Assembly (NCBI GenBank): GCA_964230645.1
Contig: CAXRHT010000001.1
Coordinates: forward strand, 832,001-896,000
Origin: Bdellovibrionales bacterium
Lineage (GTDB): Bacteria > Bdellovibrionota > Bdellovibrionia > Bdellovibrionales > JAGQZY01
Length of the DNA: 64,000 bases
Direction of reading: 5' to 3'
A model generated the notes under the pieces. The model was not told the DNA's origin, did not search any database, and saw nothing but the letters and a program-made list of their open reading frames with translations. Positions 1 through 9,519 of this stretch are shown here, piece by piece. Numbering within the stretch: the first letter of the stretch is position 1; every line of letters begins with the position of its first letter. A program made the position numbers and the translations under genes.

Positions 1-844
1 GAAGAAGAGCATTGAGAACATGTCCTTTAACCTCTTCTACTTCTTCCTCGGTTTTAACAGGACTTTTTTCAAAACTTTTCATTGGGCCAAAATCGAAGCC
101 AAACAAGATATTAACAAAAACAAAGGCCAGCATAAAAAAACAATAGAATCGAAATTCAATGGCGTTTAAAAAAATAGCGTAACCATCAAGGGTCCAATCG
201 AACTTTTTCGCCATCTCTGAAAACAAGCCCACCTCGTAGCCAATCCAGGTACTGACAAGAGCAATTCCAGCAATAGGTGCACTGGTGGCATCCACTAAAA
301 AGGCCAACTTCTCTCGACTGATATTGTAGCGATCTGTGACCTTTTTCATGGCCGAGCCGACAATCATGGTGTTGGCGTAATCATCGATAAAAATAAAACA
401 ACCAAGAAGGGCTGTCACAAATTGAGCGGAGCGCGGACCGACGATCCAGCGCTGAAGCTTAAAAACCATGGCGTGAAGACCACCGGACATTGTCATCACA
501 TGCACCATTGAAAGAATAAAAAAGACAAAGCCTAGTATTTGTAGGTTTGTGGTATCAGCCAAAGCTGAATAAAAATACTGTCCTGATTGGACACCCGCTC
601 CCAATAAAGATGGCAAAACCTCTTGAGACCGACCATAGCTGGAAATAAAACTTCCGACCAATATAGCGGAAAGAAGACTCACATGCAGGCTTCCAGTAAT
701 AAAAGAGATGAAAATGGCAATGGCTGGTGGCAAAAGGCTCCAAGCCGTACTAACACCAGAAGCCTTAAGGAAAAAACAACCGGCTAAAAAAGACAGGAAG
801 ACAAGAAAATAACCCTTGCGGGATTTTTTTCTCTGGTCCTCCAT
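1..844 (-). CDS. Na+/H+ antiporter NhaC family protein (partial, runs off the left edge; missing from the ORF track)
   Basis: Manual translation from ATG 844, just after the tpiA stop: MEDQRKKSRKGYFLVFL...SLLPPAIAIF...FIFIDDYANTMIVG...SREKLAFLVDATSAP...STWIGYEVG, which are NhaC-family motifs. Confidence 0.85.
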   Translation of the reverse strand, partial: MEDQRKKSRKGYFLVFLSFLAGCFFLKASGVSTAWSLLPPAIAIFISFITGSLHVSLLSAILVGSFISSYGRSQEVLPSLLGAGVQSGQYFYSALADTTNLQILGFVFFILSMVHVMTMSGGLHAMVFKLQRWIVGPRSAQFVTALLGCFIFIDDYANTMIVGSAMKKVTDRYNISREKLAFLVDATSAPIAGIALVSTWIGYEVGLFSEMAKKFDWTLDGYAIFLNAIEFRFYCFFMLAFVFVNILFGFDFGPMKSFEKSPVKTEEEVEEVKGHVLNALL

Positions 845-847
845 CTC

Positions 848-1588
848 CTACCTAATGGCCTTGATGATAGCGCTGAAGCTATCCACTTTTAACGAGGCCC
901 CACCAACAAGAAAGCCACCCACTTCGTCAGCTTCAGAGAGTTCGCCAGCGTTTTCAGGCTTAACCGAACCACCGTAGAGAATTTTGATGTTTGCTTGAGT
1001 CTCTGGAAATTTTTCTTTCAAAAATTTGCGAATAAACTGATGAGCTTCACTCACCTGCTCGGTCGTTGCAACTTCACCAGTACCAATAGCCCAGACCGGT
1101 TCGTAAGCGATATGAAGTCCTTTGTTGGGCTTGTAATTGGAAAGAGCTGAAACCAATTGACGATTGAGAACATCAAGAGTGGAACCCTCATTTCTTTCTT
1201 CTAAGCTCTCCCCCACACAAAGCACGGGGATCAAACCAAACTCATTGGCACTATGCAGTTTCACATTGGTCTGCTCGTCACTTTCAAAAAAGAGCTTTCT
1301 TCTCTCACTGTGACCGATCAGAACATACTGCGCTCCAAGGTCGGCCATGACTTTCGGGGAGGTTTCCCCTGTAAAGGCGCCCGATGCGGCTGGGAAAATG
1401 TTCTGAGGCCCCCAGCCATAAGCGGAGTCTTTCAAAGACTCGCTGGCGGAAACAGCGTTAACAGCAGAAACAAAAAAGAAACACTGAACATTTTCTGGAG
1501 CCGAAAACTTATTAAATTCCTCAAAAAACTCTTTTGTCTCCTGAGGGTTTTTATTCATTTTCCAATTTCCTGAAACAATAAAACTCAT
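848..1588 (-). CDS. tpiA: Triosephosphate isomerase
   Basis: GNWKMN, IGHSERR, AYEPVWAIGTG, YGGSV and LVGGASL motifs. Confidence 0.98.
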   Translation of the reverse strand: MSFIVSGNWKMNKNPQETKEFFEEFNKFSAPENVQCFFFVSAVNAVSASESLKDSAYGWGPQNIFPAASGAFTGETSPKVMADLGAQYVLIGHSERRKLFFESDEQTNVKLHSANEFGLIPVLCVGESLEERNEGSTLDVLNRQLVSALSNYKPNKGLHIAYEPVWAIGTGEVATTEQVSEAHQFIRKFLKEKFPETQANIKILYGGSVKPENAGELSEADEVGGFLVGGASLKVDSFSAIIKAIR

Positions 1589-2784
1589 TCGGGCTTCCTT
1601 ACTTTGACTGATTCTAATCCTGGCAATGTTTTTCCTTGAATGTACTCAAGGCTGGCACCACCACCGGTTGAGATATGATCCATTTTATCGGCATAACCAG
1701 AATCAATGGCTGCCGCGGCCGAGTCCCCTCCACCAATAACAGTGAAGGCTGAGGTTTCACTCAGCGCCTTTGCCATGGCAATTGAGCCTTCATCAAAAGG
1801 TTTTTGCTCATAGACCCCCATGGGTCCATTCCAAAAAACAGAACCGGCCTTTTGCAAAGCTTCCGCATAAAGCTCTCTTGTCTCAGGGCCTATGTCTACA
1901 GCTAACTTTCCTTCAGGGATTGCACTGGTTCCGACAGTTTCAAAATCTGAGTCACCAAACGAGTTCACTACAATATGATCCACTGGAAGTAGGACTCTTT
2001 TATCAGCCCCTCGCATGCGAGCAAGGAAACTTTTCGCAACACCAAGAGCCTCCTTCTCCACTCGGGATTTACCCACAGGCACACCATCGGCTTTCATAAA
2101 AGTGTAAGCCATAGCTCCGCCAATGATGACCGTATCCACTTTGTCAGCAAAAGACTCTAATAGAGGAATTTTATCACTCACCTTGCTACCACCTGTAAGA
2201 ATGGTGAAAGGTTTAGCGGGCTGATTGCGAATTTTATCGAGAGCTTCTCTTTCTTTTTCGACAAGAAAACCAAGGGCTCTTTGTGGAATCATTTTTGGTA
2301 GCGCGTCTGTACTGGCATGAGCTCTATGACTGGCCCCAAAAGCATCGTTAATATAAATATCCGTGTACCGCGCCCATTTTGCGGCAAGCTCTGTGGAGTT
2401 TTTCGTTTCCCCCTCAGCAAAGCGCAAATTTTCAAGCATGATGATTTGTTTACCACTGAGACCTTTAGTGAGTTCGTAGGGGGCTTCGGAATCGGGTGTC
2501 TCCATTAATAGAACTTCAAAGCCGCTTTCATTAAAAAATTCAGCCACTGGTTCGAGGGAGAGCTTCTTTTTATCTTCTTCTGTTTTAGGACGTCCCAAAT
2601 GACTAGTGACAATCACCTTTGCACCACTCTCCACTAAAAAGTTGAGAGTGGGAAGGGCGGCTTTGATTCGGTTGTCGTCCAGAATTTTTCCATCTTTTAA
2701 TGGCACATTAAGATCAAGACGCAAGAAAACACGCTTCCCCTTAAAGTCCATTTCATTAATATCAAGGTAACCTACTACTGCCAT
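1585..2784 (-). CDS. pgk: Phosphoglycerate kinase
   Basis: RLDLNVP, SHLGRP, ENLRF, NDAFG, WNGPMG, GGGDS and HISTGGGASLE motifs. Confidence 0.98.
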   Translation of the reverse strand: MAVVGYLDINEMDFKGKRVFLRLDLNVPLKDGKILDDNRIKAALPTLNFLVESGAKVIVTSHLGRPKTEEDKKKLSLEPVAEFFNESGFEVLLMETPDSEAPYELTKGLSGKQIIMLENLRFAEGETKNSTELAAKWARYTDIYINDAFGASHRAHASTDALPKMIPQRALGFLVEKEREALDKIRNQPAKPFTILTGGSKVSDKIPLLESFADKVDTVIIGGAMAYTFMKADGVPVGKSRVEKEALGVAKSFLARMRGADKRVLLPVDHIVVNSFGDSDFETVGTSAIPEGKLAVDIGPETRELYAEALQKAGSVFWNGPMGVYEQKPFDEGSIAMAKALSETSAFTVIGGGDSAAAAIDSGYADKMDHISTGGGASLEYIQGKTLPGLESVKVRKPE

Positions 2785-3797
2785 TACAGACCTTTACTGG
2801 CCATGAATTGAGCGAGGTCAAGCATACGACAAGAAAAGCCCACTTCATTATCGTACCAAGAGAGGACTTTAACCATCTTGTCACCAACCACAGCTGTGTT
2901 CTCAAGATCGATCAATGAACTCTCACGCAATCCCATCATATCGACACTGACAACAGGATCATTGGTCACAGCCAAGACTCCTTTAAGAGATCCTTCCGAA
3001 GCTTTTGTTAAGGCTTGATTCACATCTTCAGCAGTTACTTTTTTACCAAGGTTAGCCACTAAGTCGACAAGGCTTACATTCGGAGTAGGGACACGCACGG
3101 CCATTCCATGAATTTTTCCTGATAACTCGGGAAGAACCATTCCAACGGCAGCGGCCGCTCCAGTAGAAGTAGGAATCATGGAAACAGCAGCAGCGCGAGC
3201 TCGCCTTAAATCTTTGTGGCTTGAGTCTAATACATTTTGATCGTTGGTGTAGGAGTGAACCGTCGTCATCAAAGCTGACTCAATACCAAACTCGTCATTT
3301 AAAACTTTAGCAACCGGAGCCAAACAGTTCGTTGTACAAGAAGCGTTACTTACGACCTCATGTTTTGATGGGTCGTAGTCTTCATGATTAATACCGTAAA
3401 CAAAAGTCGCATCCACTTTAGCTGGTGCAGAAACGATCACTCTTTTTGCTCCCGCTTTTAAGTGAGCTTTGTTGGCCTCTTTATCTTTAAAAACACCTGT
3501 ACACTCGAAAACAATATCAGCGCCCCAATCTTTCCAGGAGATTTTTGAGGGATCTTTTTCAAAGGACATGGGAATCTTTTTGCCATCGACAATAAGGTTT
3601 TCCCCATCGTGATCCACCTTGTGAGCAAAGCGCCCATGGGCACTGTCATATTTCAGAAAGTGAGCCTGTGATTCAACTGTCCCTCGTCCATTATTGATTC
3701 CTACAAACTCAAACTGATCACTAGCAAAACCGGACCGGAAAAGAATTCGACCGATTCGGCCAAAGCCATTGATTCCCACGCGCAGCTTCTGGGACAT
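2784..3797 (-). CDS. gap: Glyceraldehyde-3-phosphate dehydrogenase (type I)
   Basis: GINGFGRIGR, SNASCTTNCL, RVPT and WYDNE motifs. Confidence 0.98.
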   Translation of the reverse strand: MSQKLRVGINGFGRIGRILFRSGFASDQFEFVGINNGRGTVESQAHFLKYDSAHGRFAHKVDHDGENLIVDGKKIPMSFEKDPSKISWKDWGADIVFECTGVFKDKEANKAHLKAGAKRVIVSAPAKVDATFVYGINHEDYDPSKHEVVSNASCTTNCLAPVAKVLNDEFGIESALMTTVHSYTNDQNVLDSSHKDLRRARAAAVSMIPTSTGAAAAVGMVLPELSGKIHGMAVRVPTPNVSLVDLVANLGKKVTAEDVNQALTKASEGSLKGVLAVTNDPVVSVDMMGLRESSLIDLENTAVVGDKMVKVLSWYDNEVGFSCRMLDLAQFMASKGL

Positions 3798-3827
3798 ACT
3801 TCCTCCTTCAATATGAAAATCAGGCCA

Positions 3828-3856
3828 GTCTTATCGACTGCCTCGCTGAGTGTCAA
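3828..3856 (-). promoter_or_regulatory. Putative sigma70 promoter of gap-pgk-tpiA
   Basis: TTGACA-N17-TAAGAC on the minus strand, upstream of the gap RBS (AAGGAGG). Confidence 0.55.
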
Positions 3857-3941
3857 TTGAATACCGTCTTGTCGCCCCTATCGTCGCACTACCAAGTCTG
3901 AGCTAGGCTTTCCACTCACGGCTGTTTGCGTACCTCAGGAT

Positions 3942-4754
3942 TTAGTTGAGCTTTGAAAACAGAGACTCTGCATTGCTCTTCATTTGTGCACAAAAATCAG
4001 CCAGCTCTACTGATTTAAGATCGGCGACAAATTGGGCGGTCCACAACATGAACTCGGGCCTGTTTTTCTTGCCTCGCATGGGAACGGGAGCCAAAAAAGG
4101 AGCGTCGGTTTCTACATGCATGCGATCAAGAGGAGTGTTCAAACAGACATCTCTCAAGTCCCCTGCGGACTTGAAGGTCACAATTCCTGAAAATGAAATA
4201 TTGTAACCACAATCTAGGGCTGCAGTGGCCAATTTCTGTGTGCCAGTAAAACAGTGGATCACACCTCGCACTCGGCCTTTAAATTTATTTAAGATTTCAA
4301 TGGTGTCCTCTTCCGCATCGCGAGTATGGATTTCTACGGGAAGTGAGAACTTTTCAGCTAACTCCATTTGACGCTCAAAGGCTTCAATCTGCTCTTCTCT
4401 AGGAGAATTATCGTAGTAGTAATCAAGACCAATCTCGCCAACTGCCACCACACGGGGATGCACGAGATTTTTTAACAGATAGGCTTCCACCTTGTCGTCG
4501 TAAACCTTACCCTCGTGCGGATGAATTCCTAGGGTACAAAAAACCTGGGGATTGAATTTTTCCGCAAGCTCCAACACCACCGGCAGATCATCAGGTTCTG
4601 TGCCGATCGTTATAAAACGATTCACTCCAAGATTGGAAGCTTCCTTAACCGCTTCCTCTGGGCTCACCTCAAGGAAGTTAAGATGAGTGTGAATATCGGT
4701 CCATCCCAAATTTTTAATTTCGTCTGATTCGAATTTACTGGACAGCTCTTTCAT
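3942..4754 (-). CDS. tatD: TatD family nuclease
   Basis: DIHTHL, GIHPH, VGEIGLDYY, IHTRDA, HCFTG and ETDAPFLAP motifs. Confidence 0.93.
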   Translation of the reverse strand: MKELSSKFESDEIKNLGWTDIHTHLNFLEVSPEEAVKEASNLGVNRFITIGTEPDDLPVVLELAEKFNPQVFCTLGIHPHEGKVYDDKVEAYLLKNLVHPRVVAVGEIGLDYYYDNSPREEQIEAFERQMELAEKFSLPVEIHTRDAEEDTIEILNKFKGRVRGVIHCFTGTQKLATAALDCGYNISFSGIVTFKSAGDLRDVCLNTPLDRMHVETDAPFLAPVPMRGKKNRPEFMLWTAQFVADLKSVELADFCAQMKSNAESLFSKLN

Positions 4755-5667
4755 TCAATCCTCTTCTTAGTTTGTACTGAAAATTTTCAATCGAGAGGAG
4801 TTTGTCGACATTAGCCTCCATCTCCCCTTTTAACATCTCTAGTTCCTCATAGAAAAACGTGATGGCCTGAGGTTCCTCGGGCATCCAATCCAGTTGAGCG
4901 GGCTCCTTGTAGAGTCTTTTTGAAAGGGCTTGTTTCCAGATGTTTAAACAAAACTCCCTTTTGTCTCGATCGTTGAAAAACCACGGGGCTAACTTTTTCC
5001 AGTCCCCTCCCTGCTCGTAGAGAAGATCATAGAGAAACTTGAGGCTAGCGTTAAGGTGATTGACGTTTTCCTCCTCTTTCAAATCAAGGGCCATCTCAAG
5101 ACGCCCATCTGACCACAAAAGAGGAAGCTTTCCGAACTCGTCGTAAGACTTTAAGTCTTCTTCACTGAGTTTATTAAAATGAAAAATATGAGACCGAGAA
5201 CGAATGGTTGGAAGCAGTCTTCTCAACTGGTCCGTGATTAAAATAAAATAGGTGTTAGGAGGAGGCTCTTCGAGAACTTTAAGTAGTGCGTTCGATGCCC
5301 CTGGCGACATTTGGTCGGCCGGATCGATGATTACAAAACGACCCTTATGCAAAGATTTTAATGAGAACGAGGCTTGCATTTCTCTGACCTGATCCACGCT
5401 GATCATGGTTTTTTTTTCAAGTTCCACATGATAGACGAGCTCGTTTTTCTCTTCGAAAATACGTTGGCAATTGGAGCACTCGCCACAAGCCTTATCAGAT
5501 TTTGTACAGTTGATGACCTGTAAGAGTGCATGGGCCAATGTTTTCTTGCCCACCCCGGCTGGTCCTTGGAAAATCATGGCCGAGGGAAGCTGCTCGGATT
5601 TTAGCAACTCGAAAAGAGTTTTCTTCTGATTGTCGTGTCCAACGATTTGATCAATCAATCCAGCCAT
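4735..5667 (-). CDS. holB: DNA polymerase III subunit delta'
   Basis: GPAGVGK, CxxC zinc module (ACGECSNC), NALLKVLEEPP and TIRSR; tmk-holB-tatD order. Confidence 0.92.
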   Translation of the reverse strand: MAGLIDQIVGHDNQKKTLFELLKSEQLPSAMIFQGPAGVGKKTLAHALLQVINCTKSDKACGECSNCQRIFEEKNELVYHVELEKKTMISVDQVREMQASFSLKSLHKGRFVIIDPADQMSPGASNALLKVLEEPPPNTYFILITDQLRRLLPTIRSRSHIFHFNKLSEEDLKSYDEFGKLPLLWSDGRLEMALDLKEEENVNHLNASLKFLYDLLYEQGGDWKKLAPWFFNDRDKREFCLNIWKQALSKRLYKEPAQLDWMPEEPQAITFFYEELEMLKGEMEANVDKLLSIENFQYKLRRGLNERAVQ

Positions 5668-6290
5668 TGTCTTCTCTTAAACTCCTCTAAGGTTTGCTCA
5701 TGCAGTGATTCAGGCGTGTCCGTGCCATCAAGCACCAACCAACGCTGCGGGTTTTTCTTGGCCTGATAAAGATAGCCCTCTCGCACTTTTTGCTGGAACT
5801 GCTGATTTTCTTTTTCCATACGATCTTGATCCACACCGGTTTCCTGGGATCTTTTGCCTTTTCTTTTTTGACTCTCGTCCACACTGATATCAAGGAAAAC
5901 AAAAAGATCAGGTTCGCAGTCATGGGCCACAAATCGGTTGAGATTTTCCACATCTTCTAACTTCAAAGAACGTGCGAAAGCTTGAAAGGCCACTGTACTT
6001 GAGTAAAACCGATCACATAAAATCCATTGATTGTCTTTGAGAGCTGGCTGAATTCTTTTTTCCACCATTTGCACGCGCGCGGCCTGGTAGAGCAAAATCT
6101 CAGCTCTTGGAACAGGGGCTTCTATGTCCGTGGCAAGGATCAAGTCTCTTAATTTTTCTCCAAGCTCGGTGGCCCCTGGGTCCCTTAACAAAAGTGATTT
6201 CAGGCTCTTGGAATCAAGGGAGGACTTTACTTTTTCTATCAGAGTGGATTTACCGCTGGCATCGAGGCCTTCAAAAACAACAAAAGACAT
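5655..6290 (-). CDS. tmk: Thymidylate kinase
   Basis: FEGLDASGKST P-loop, CDRF and DRME motifs. Confidence 0.96.
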   Translation of the reverse strand: MSFVVFEGLDASGKSTLIEKVKSSLDSKSLKSLLLRDPGATELGEKLRDLILATDIEAPVPRAEILLYQAARVQMVEKRIQPALKDNQWILCDRFYSSTVAFQAFARSLKLEDVENLNRFVAHDCEPDLFVFLDISVDESQKRKGKRSQETGVDQDRMEKENQQFQQKVREGYLYQAKKNPQRWLVLDGTDTPESLHEQTLEEFKRRQWLD

Positions 6291-6403
6291 GCTTTAGGTT
6301 TTGCGCTCCTTGCTCGAAGAGTCACGGAAAAACCCGGCCTTAAACAAAGCGTTAGCCGCAATTGGGCGGCCTGGTGGCTCAGGTCTTCGAACGAAGCTCG
6401 GGG

Positions 6404-6560
6404 CGCCTTCTCGTATTGGAAATGCGAAAGCTCAGAGAGCGTCTCCGACGAGGCCCAGCTCCTGCTTAGCTGGCATCGCCCTTTGGGCGAGCGCGTCCCG
6501 CTTGCCAGAGCCTCGCCGGAGACGCTCTCTGAGCTTTCGCATTTCCAACACGAGAAGGCG
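6404..6560. repeat. Long palindromic hairpin element 1 (51-bp arms, structured 55-nt loop)
   Basis: 6404-6454 is the reverse complement of 6510-6560 with 2 mismatches, both G:T wobbles on the minus strand. The loop contains the sub-stems CCAGCT/AGCTGG and TCGCCC/GGGCGA. It forms a GC-rich patch between divergent tmk and the response regulator. Confidence 0.9.
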
Positions 6561-6607
6561 GTGGATTTGATATTTCTTTAGATAAAATGTTTCATTTTGA
6601 GATTAAC

Positions 6608-6635
6608 TCAATATTTCTAGATACTTCTCCGATAA
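6608..6635 (+). promoter_or_regulatory. Putative sigma28 (FliA/SigD-type) promoter
   Basis: TCAA-N16-TCCGATAA, ending 6 nt before ATG 6642. Confidence 0.55.
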
Positions 6636-6641
6636 AACTCT

Positions 6642-7580
6642 ATGGACCAGCGAAACAATCGAGTTCTTATTGCTGATGGGGATAACAATCTTGCTAATCG
6701 CATGAGTGCGTATCTTAAGGAAAGTGGGTTTGCGCCTAAGGTGATCAGTAATAGTTATCTTTTGCAAAAGACTTTGCTTGAGTGGAGGCCTAAGTTTTTG
6801 TTTATTGATTTGCTGTTTCCTGGGGCCTATGCGCAGCAGATTTTGAAATTTTTAGGTGAGCGTCAAATGCTTGGGGAAGATGGTTGTCATGTGATTGTGA
6901 TGTCTAAGCACAATGCCGAGCTTAATGTGCGCAACTGCTTAGAATCTGGGGCTGAGGATTTTGTTGTTAAGCCTTTTAAAATGATCGATATTCTTGAGCG
7001 GTTGGCCCTTCTCAGTCAGGTGAAGCGTTATAATTTTAATGGATTGACTAATAACAACGAACGGCAGATTAAAAACTATTTTGAGATGATTCGACTTCTT
7101 GTTGAAGCCACCAATCAAGATAAAGACATCAGTCCCATGCGTTTTGAGATTTCAAAGATGATATCCATTGCTTTAAAAGCTGTAAGAACCTCTATTATTG
7201 CGACTAATCACGCTCGTGATGAGATCGAGGTGATTCGCTCAAGTGACGATGAATCTCTCACTAAACTACCGCTGGATCTTAAAAAATATCCGGAAGTGCA
7301 GTATGTGCTCAGAACAGAGAAGTCTCTTTTTATCGAAAGCCTGGAAAAAGATCTGACCATGGCTTTTGTTAAGCATGAGGTCAAAACTATCAATTTTGAC
7401 TCAATGATGGTGCTTCCCTTGATTCAGGGAGGGATTCTGCGGGGCTGTATGTCTATTAGAATGCCTAAGGATTGTAAGAAATTGACTTACTACGATATAA
7501 AAATGGCGGAAATCGCCGCTCAGTTGCTCTCCTCCACCTGGAAGTTTCAAGAAGTTGAGGCTCTAAAAAAAGCTGGATAA
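6642..7580 (+). CDS. Response regulator, REC + GAF-like domain
   Basis: N-terminal REC (VLIADGD, FIDLLFP with the phospho-Asp, VMSK, FVVKPF). C-terminal GAF-like region (LKKYPEV, SMMVLPL, GCMSIR). No DNA-binding or enzymatic output domain seen. Confidence 0.8.
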   Translation: MDQRNNRVLIADGDNNLANRMSAYLKESGFAPKVISNSYLLQKTLLEWRPKFLFIDLLFPGAYAQQILKFLGERQMLGEDGCHVIVMSKHNAELNVRNCLESGAEDFVVKPFKMIDILERLALLSQVKRYNFNGLTNNNERQIKNYFEMIRLLVEATNQDKDISPMRFEISKMISIALKAVRTSIIATNHARDEIEVIRSSDDESLTKLPLDLKKYPEVQYVLRTEKSLFIESLEKDLTMAFVKHEVKTINFDSMMVLPLIQGGILRGCMSIRMPKDCKKLTYYDIKMAEIAAQLLSSTWKFQEVEALKKAG

Positions 7581-7625
7581 GCCCCTATTTTGTCCTCCTG
7601 CAAAGGGAGCCCCCCCTATTAAATA

Positions 7626-7654
7626 TTGACGCACTCCCAGGGCCCCCTTATATT
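7626..7654 (+). promoter_or_regulatory. Putative sigma70 promoter of secG
   Basis: TTGACG-N17-TATATT, followed by an AAGGAG RBS. Confidence 0.7.
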
Positions 7655-7678
7655 GAGAGTCTTTACAAGGAGCGGCAC

Positions 7679-8032
7679 ATGGTCTCAATTTTGGCCTTCG
7701 TACATATCATTCTTTCGATTTTTCTTGTTGTTCTCGTTCTCATTCAGGACCCCAAAGGTGGTGCCGCTGGTGGAATGTTTGGCGGTGGCGGATCCAACTC
7801 TTTATTTGGAGCCACAGGAGCCCCCTCTTTTCTTTCCCGTCTGACTCGCTGGGTAGCAGCCCTTTTTGCAGCCTCTTGTATTTTAATGACCATTTCCATC
7901 AAACCCGGTGGCGACAGTGTTCTTGATAGTGTCGACGTGCCAGCGCAAACTCAGCCCACTGTGGAAGAAAAAATGGATGCGGCTCCAGAGCTTGAGCCCA
8001 CTGGTGAAGAGCCTCAAACGGAAACCGAGTAA
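7679..8032 (+). CDS. secG: Preprotein translocase subunit SecG
   Basis: Two TM helices, LVLIQDPKGG, FGGGGSNSLFG and LSRLT motifs, acidic tail. Confidence 0.95.
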   Translation: MVSILAFVHIILSIFLVVLVLIQDPKGGAAGGMFGGGGSNSLFGATGAPSFLSRLTRWVAALFAASCILMTISIKPGGDSVLDSVDVPAQTQPTVEEKMDAAPELEPTGEEPQTETE

Positions 8033-8044
8033 AAAGGTTTTTCG

Positions 8045-8821
8045 ATGAAGGTCCTTGCAAGCCTAATCTTGTTGGTATTGCTGGGACTTTTCTTTTTCAC
8101 TGACGATCTCAATTTCTTTTCTGAACACACCCCGAAAATAGTTGGCAATACCTTGGAGACTCAAGGTGTGGTCATGCAAAAAAAATCAGAAGACGACTAT
8201 TTTAAAAACCTGGAATCTTCTTCACCCATCACAACACCGACAAAAATTATGACGGGCTTTGATAGTTCCCTTCGCTTTGAAGTGGGAGCCCCCTTCCAAC
8301 TTCTAGAAGAAAGCCAGATTGAGATTTTGCAGAAAGCTTCGAAGACTGAAATTCATGTGTTATCAGGAACTTTAAAAAAGTTGGCACCGGAATCAGAGCG
8401 AGTCGAAGTTTTTGTTGATGATGTTTTACAAAAACAACCTCTTATTGAAGTGCTCCGACCAGAAAGAGCCAGAAGCCCCTCTCCCCAAAATTTATCGAAC
8501 TCTTCGAAAGACGCCAAGGAACAATCAGAGTTTCAAGCTCAATTAAAAAATACTTTTCGTCTTCATCAACGTTTTTTAGAGCGCTGTTTTATCAAATACT
8601 ACGAGCGAAAAAAGGGGAAAATCAAAAAGGGTCAGATTGTTTTAAAATTCTTTGTCAATGCCCAAGGCTTTGTCAAAAATGTTGAGATCATAAAATCAAA
8701 AATTGACGACGAAAAATACCAATCCTGTGTGAAAGAAGTGGCTTCAAGGGTTCGCATTAAATACTTTGATAAAAATCCACGCTTTGTCGAATTCCCAATT
8801 GAGACTTCACTTCCGCTATAG
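8045..8821 (+). CDS. Membrane-anchored protein with FecR-like N-region and AgmX/PglI-like (TonB-C-like) C-terminal domain
   Basis: N-terminal TM; IMTGFDSSL (FecR-like); C-terminal LERCF...GQIVLKFFVNAQGFV...CV...VEFPI. Confidence 0.6.
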   Translation: MKVLASLILLVLLGLFFFTDDLNFFSEHTPKIVGNTLETQGVVMQKKSEDDYFKNLESSSPITTPTKIMTGFDSSLRFEVGAPFQLLEESQIEILQKASKTEIHVLSGTLKKLAPESERVEVFVDDVLQKQPLIEVLRPERARSPSPQNLSNSSKDAKEQSEFQAQLKNTFRLHQRFLERCFIKYYERKKGKIKKGQIVLKFFVNAQGFVKNVEIIKSKIDDEKYQSCVKEVASRVRIKYFDKNPRFVEFPIETSLPL

Positions 8822-8829
8822 CTGAGTTT

Positions 8830-9420
8830 TTATCGGACTCCATCTTGGCAGACTTCTATATTTTTCATATGATCCATGCCGATTCGGTCTGTTCTTGAAG
8901 AGTAAAGATTTATCACTCCTCCAACCCGAGCCGAAAAAGCATTGTCCGTTGTTGGCCCAAGTGGCGCCAAAGATCCACAATTCACAGCCACTGTTGTAGG
9001 CCCTAGCTGAACCTCCGGTGTTCCCATTGGTTTTTCGGTCCAAGTTTTGAAGCTAGGACAGGGAGCGCTTCCGCCCCCCGCACAATCGCAATTAGACCAG
9101 GTCGCAATGCAGTCATCATCGAAGATACGAATTCCCGCTCTAAAGCCAGGGTTGTCGTTGGTTCGAAAGCGATAATTAATGAGCCCCTGAGGGGCGTAGC
9201 CTGTGGCCACCATGTTGCCGGGAAAAACCCCATATTCAGCACGGGCACTATGTGAAGCTGTATAATAAGCCGAAAGCATATTCATACCTTCCGCCCTACG
9301 AGCCCTAGCCTGATAACTTTTGTACCTGGGAATCGCTATAAAAGAGAGAATAGCAATGATAGCGACCACCACTAGTAATTCGACCATCGAAAAACCAGCA
9401 TTTCTTTTTAAGATTTGCAT
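8830..9420 (-). CDS. Type IV pilin (PilA-like)
   Basis: Prepilin cleavage/N-methylation motif G|FSMVELLVVVAIIAIL, IPRYKSYQARARRAE, Cys-rich C-terminus. Confidence 0.9.
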   Translation of the reverse strand: MQILKRNAGFSMVELLVVVAIIAILSFIAIPRYKSYQARARRAEGMNMLSAYYTASHSARAEYGVFPGNMVATGYAPQGLINYRFRTNDNPGFRAGIRIFDDDCIATWSNCDCAGGGSAPCPSFKTWTEKPMGTPEVQLGPTTVAVNCGSLAPLGPTTDNAFSARVGGVINLYSSRTDRIGMDHMKNIEVCQDGVR

Positions 9421-9519
9421 ATCTTAAATTTTATCAAAAACCCGGATAAATTGACAGTCTAGCCCAACCCAATGTCATGTATAGAAACACCTGTGTTTTT
9501 TGGGATTGCGATATTTGGC

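Noticed and set aside
555..743. 62-aa ORF
   Set aside because: Alternate frame inside the NhaC gene.
6301..6570. 89-aa ORF, or a tRNA/known ncRNA
   Set aside because: It lies on hairpin 1; no TPsiC/D-arm or other recognisable RNA signature.
8033..8044. tRNA-Leu often found after secG
   Set aside because: Only 12 bp separate secG from the next CDS.
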